A stretch of 24,700 bases of DNA, taken from Verrucomicrobiota bacterium. Lineage in GTDB: Bacteria; Verrucomicrobiota; Verrucomicrobiia; Limisphaerales; SXQI01. Within the stretch, counting starts at the first letter, position 1. Each line of letters opens with the position of its first letter. The DNA is taken from NCBI GenBank assembly GCA_033762115.1, contig JANRLX010000073.1:1-24700 (forward strand), written 5' to 3'. Of this stretch, positions 24,112-24,700 are shown in pieces. Made by a program: the position numbers and the translations under genes. The notes under the pieces are model-generated. The model was not told the DNA's origin. It saw only the letters and a program-made list of their open reading frames with translations, and ran no database searches.

Positions 24112-24700
24112 ATGCCGCTCCTTATTCTTCCACGACAACTCGCCTCTCGAGGAGAGTTCTATCACCAGCTGGATGCCCTGACGAGTGCGGGCATTGGCAT
24201 CATGCAAGGTCTTGAGATGGTGGCCAGGAAGCCGCCATCATCCTGGTACCGCAAGCTCGCCCTCCAGGCCCATGCCCTCCTTCTGCGAGGCTCGACATTT
24301 TCAGAAGCGCTCCTGAATAGCGGAGAAAAACTTTCTGAATTTGATCTCTCCCTGCTGGATGCGGGAGAGAAGAGTGGCCGCCTGGATGCCTGTTTCCGTC
24401 TGCTCGCGGAATATTACAAGGAACGCGCCCAACTGCTGAGAAAAGTGCTTTCAGGCCTGGCCTACCCATTTTTCATTGTTCATTTCGCAATTTTTATCTT
24501 TCCGGTGACGCTACTGATAAACCTTGTATGGCAAGGAGCCATCGCGCCATGGGTTCAGCACAAACTCTCCATTCTGCTTCCGCTCTATGCCATTCTTGCG
24601 ATTCTGATTTTTGTGACTCGCGGTGACCGTGGAGAACGATGGCGCGCGATCATGGAACAATTCACCGGGGCCATTCCCATGTTCGGGACTGCACAACGTA
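24112..24700 (+). CDS. Type II secretion system F / PilC family inner-membrane platform protein (partial, runs off the window)
   Basis: Translated by hand: AAGGAG SD, then MPLLILPRQLASRGEFYHQLDALTSAGIGIMQGL...GSTFSEAL...LLDAGEKSGRLDACFRLLAEYY...LAYPFFIVH, which is the T2SSF domain pattern. Confidence 0.85.
   Translation, partial: MPLLILPRQLASRGEFYHQLDALTSAGIGIMQGLEMVARKPPSSWYRKLALQAHALLLRGSTFSEALLNSGEKLSEFDLSLLDAGEKSGRLDACFRLLAEYYKERAQLLRKVLSGLAYPFFIVHFAIFIFPVTLLINLVWQGAIAPWVQHKLSILLPLYAILAILIFVTRGDRGERWRAIMEQFTGAIPMFGTAQR

Noticed and set aside
1..24700. CRISPR array, IS element, prophage, rRNA or multi-gene defence system
   Set aside because: No regularly spaced DNA repeats, transposase, integrase, phage or rRNA-like sequence found by eye; intergenic gaps are all under about 200 bp.

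Overview
Mostly core-chromosomal DNA (roughly 50-55% GC by spot counts). The gene families present (FG-GAP/ASPIC-UnbV protein, GSDH-cytochrome c fusion with a DPDGDG...FYR tail, Pro/Ala-rich KKETVRI protein) suggest Verrucomicrobiota; that assignment is inference. Left to right: a truncated PAS-PAS-PAS-GAF-PAS histidine kinase (minus strand, missing from the ORF track), a membrane protein, a lipoprotein, a NifS/IscS-type cysteine desulfurase, tRNA-Val(GAC), citramalate synthase, a VapBC20-like toxin-antitoxin pair, valS, a low-GC secreted beta-propeller gene, an FG-GAP/ASPIC-UnbV protein, prfC, yjbQ, a stand-alone wza/wzc pair, a GSDH + diheme cytochrome c fusion, a Pro/Ala-rich tail-anchored protein, trxA and a truncated GspF/PilC gene. 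I found no CRISPR array, transposase, integrase or phage gene, and no unambiguous new system. The best leads are (i) the VapBC20-like module with its own palindrome-covered promoter 10 bp upstream of the essential valS in a tRNA-Val/cimA/valS neighbourhood, (ii) the low-GC beta-propeller islet with a structured 5' leader, and (iii) a candidate lineage-specific C-terminal sorting domain.
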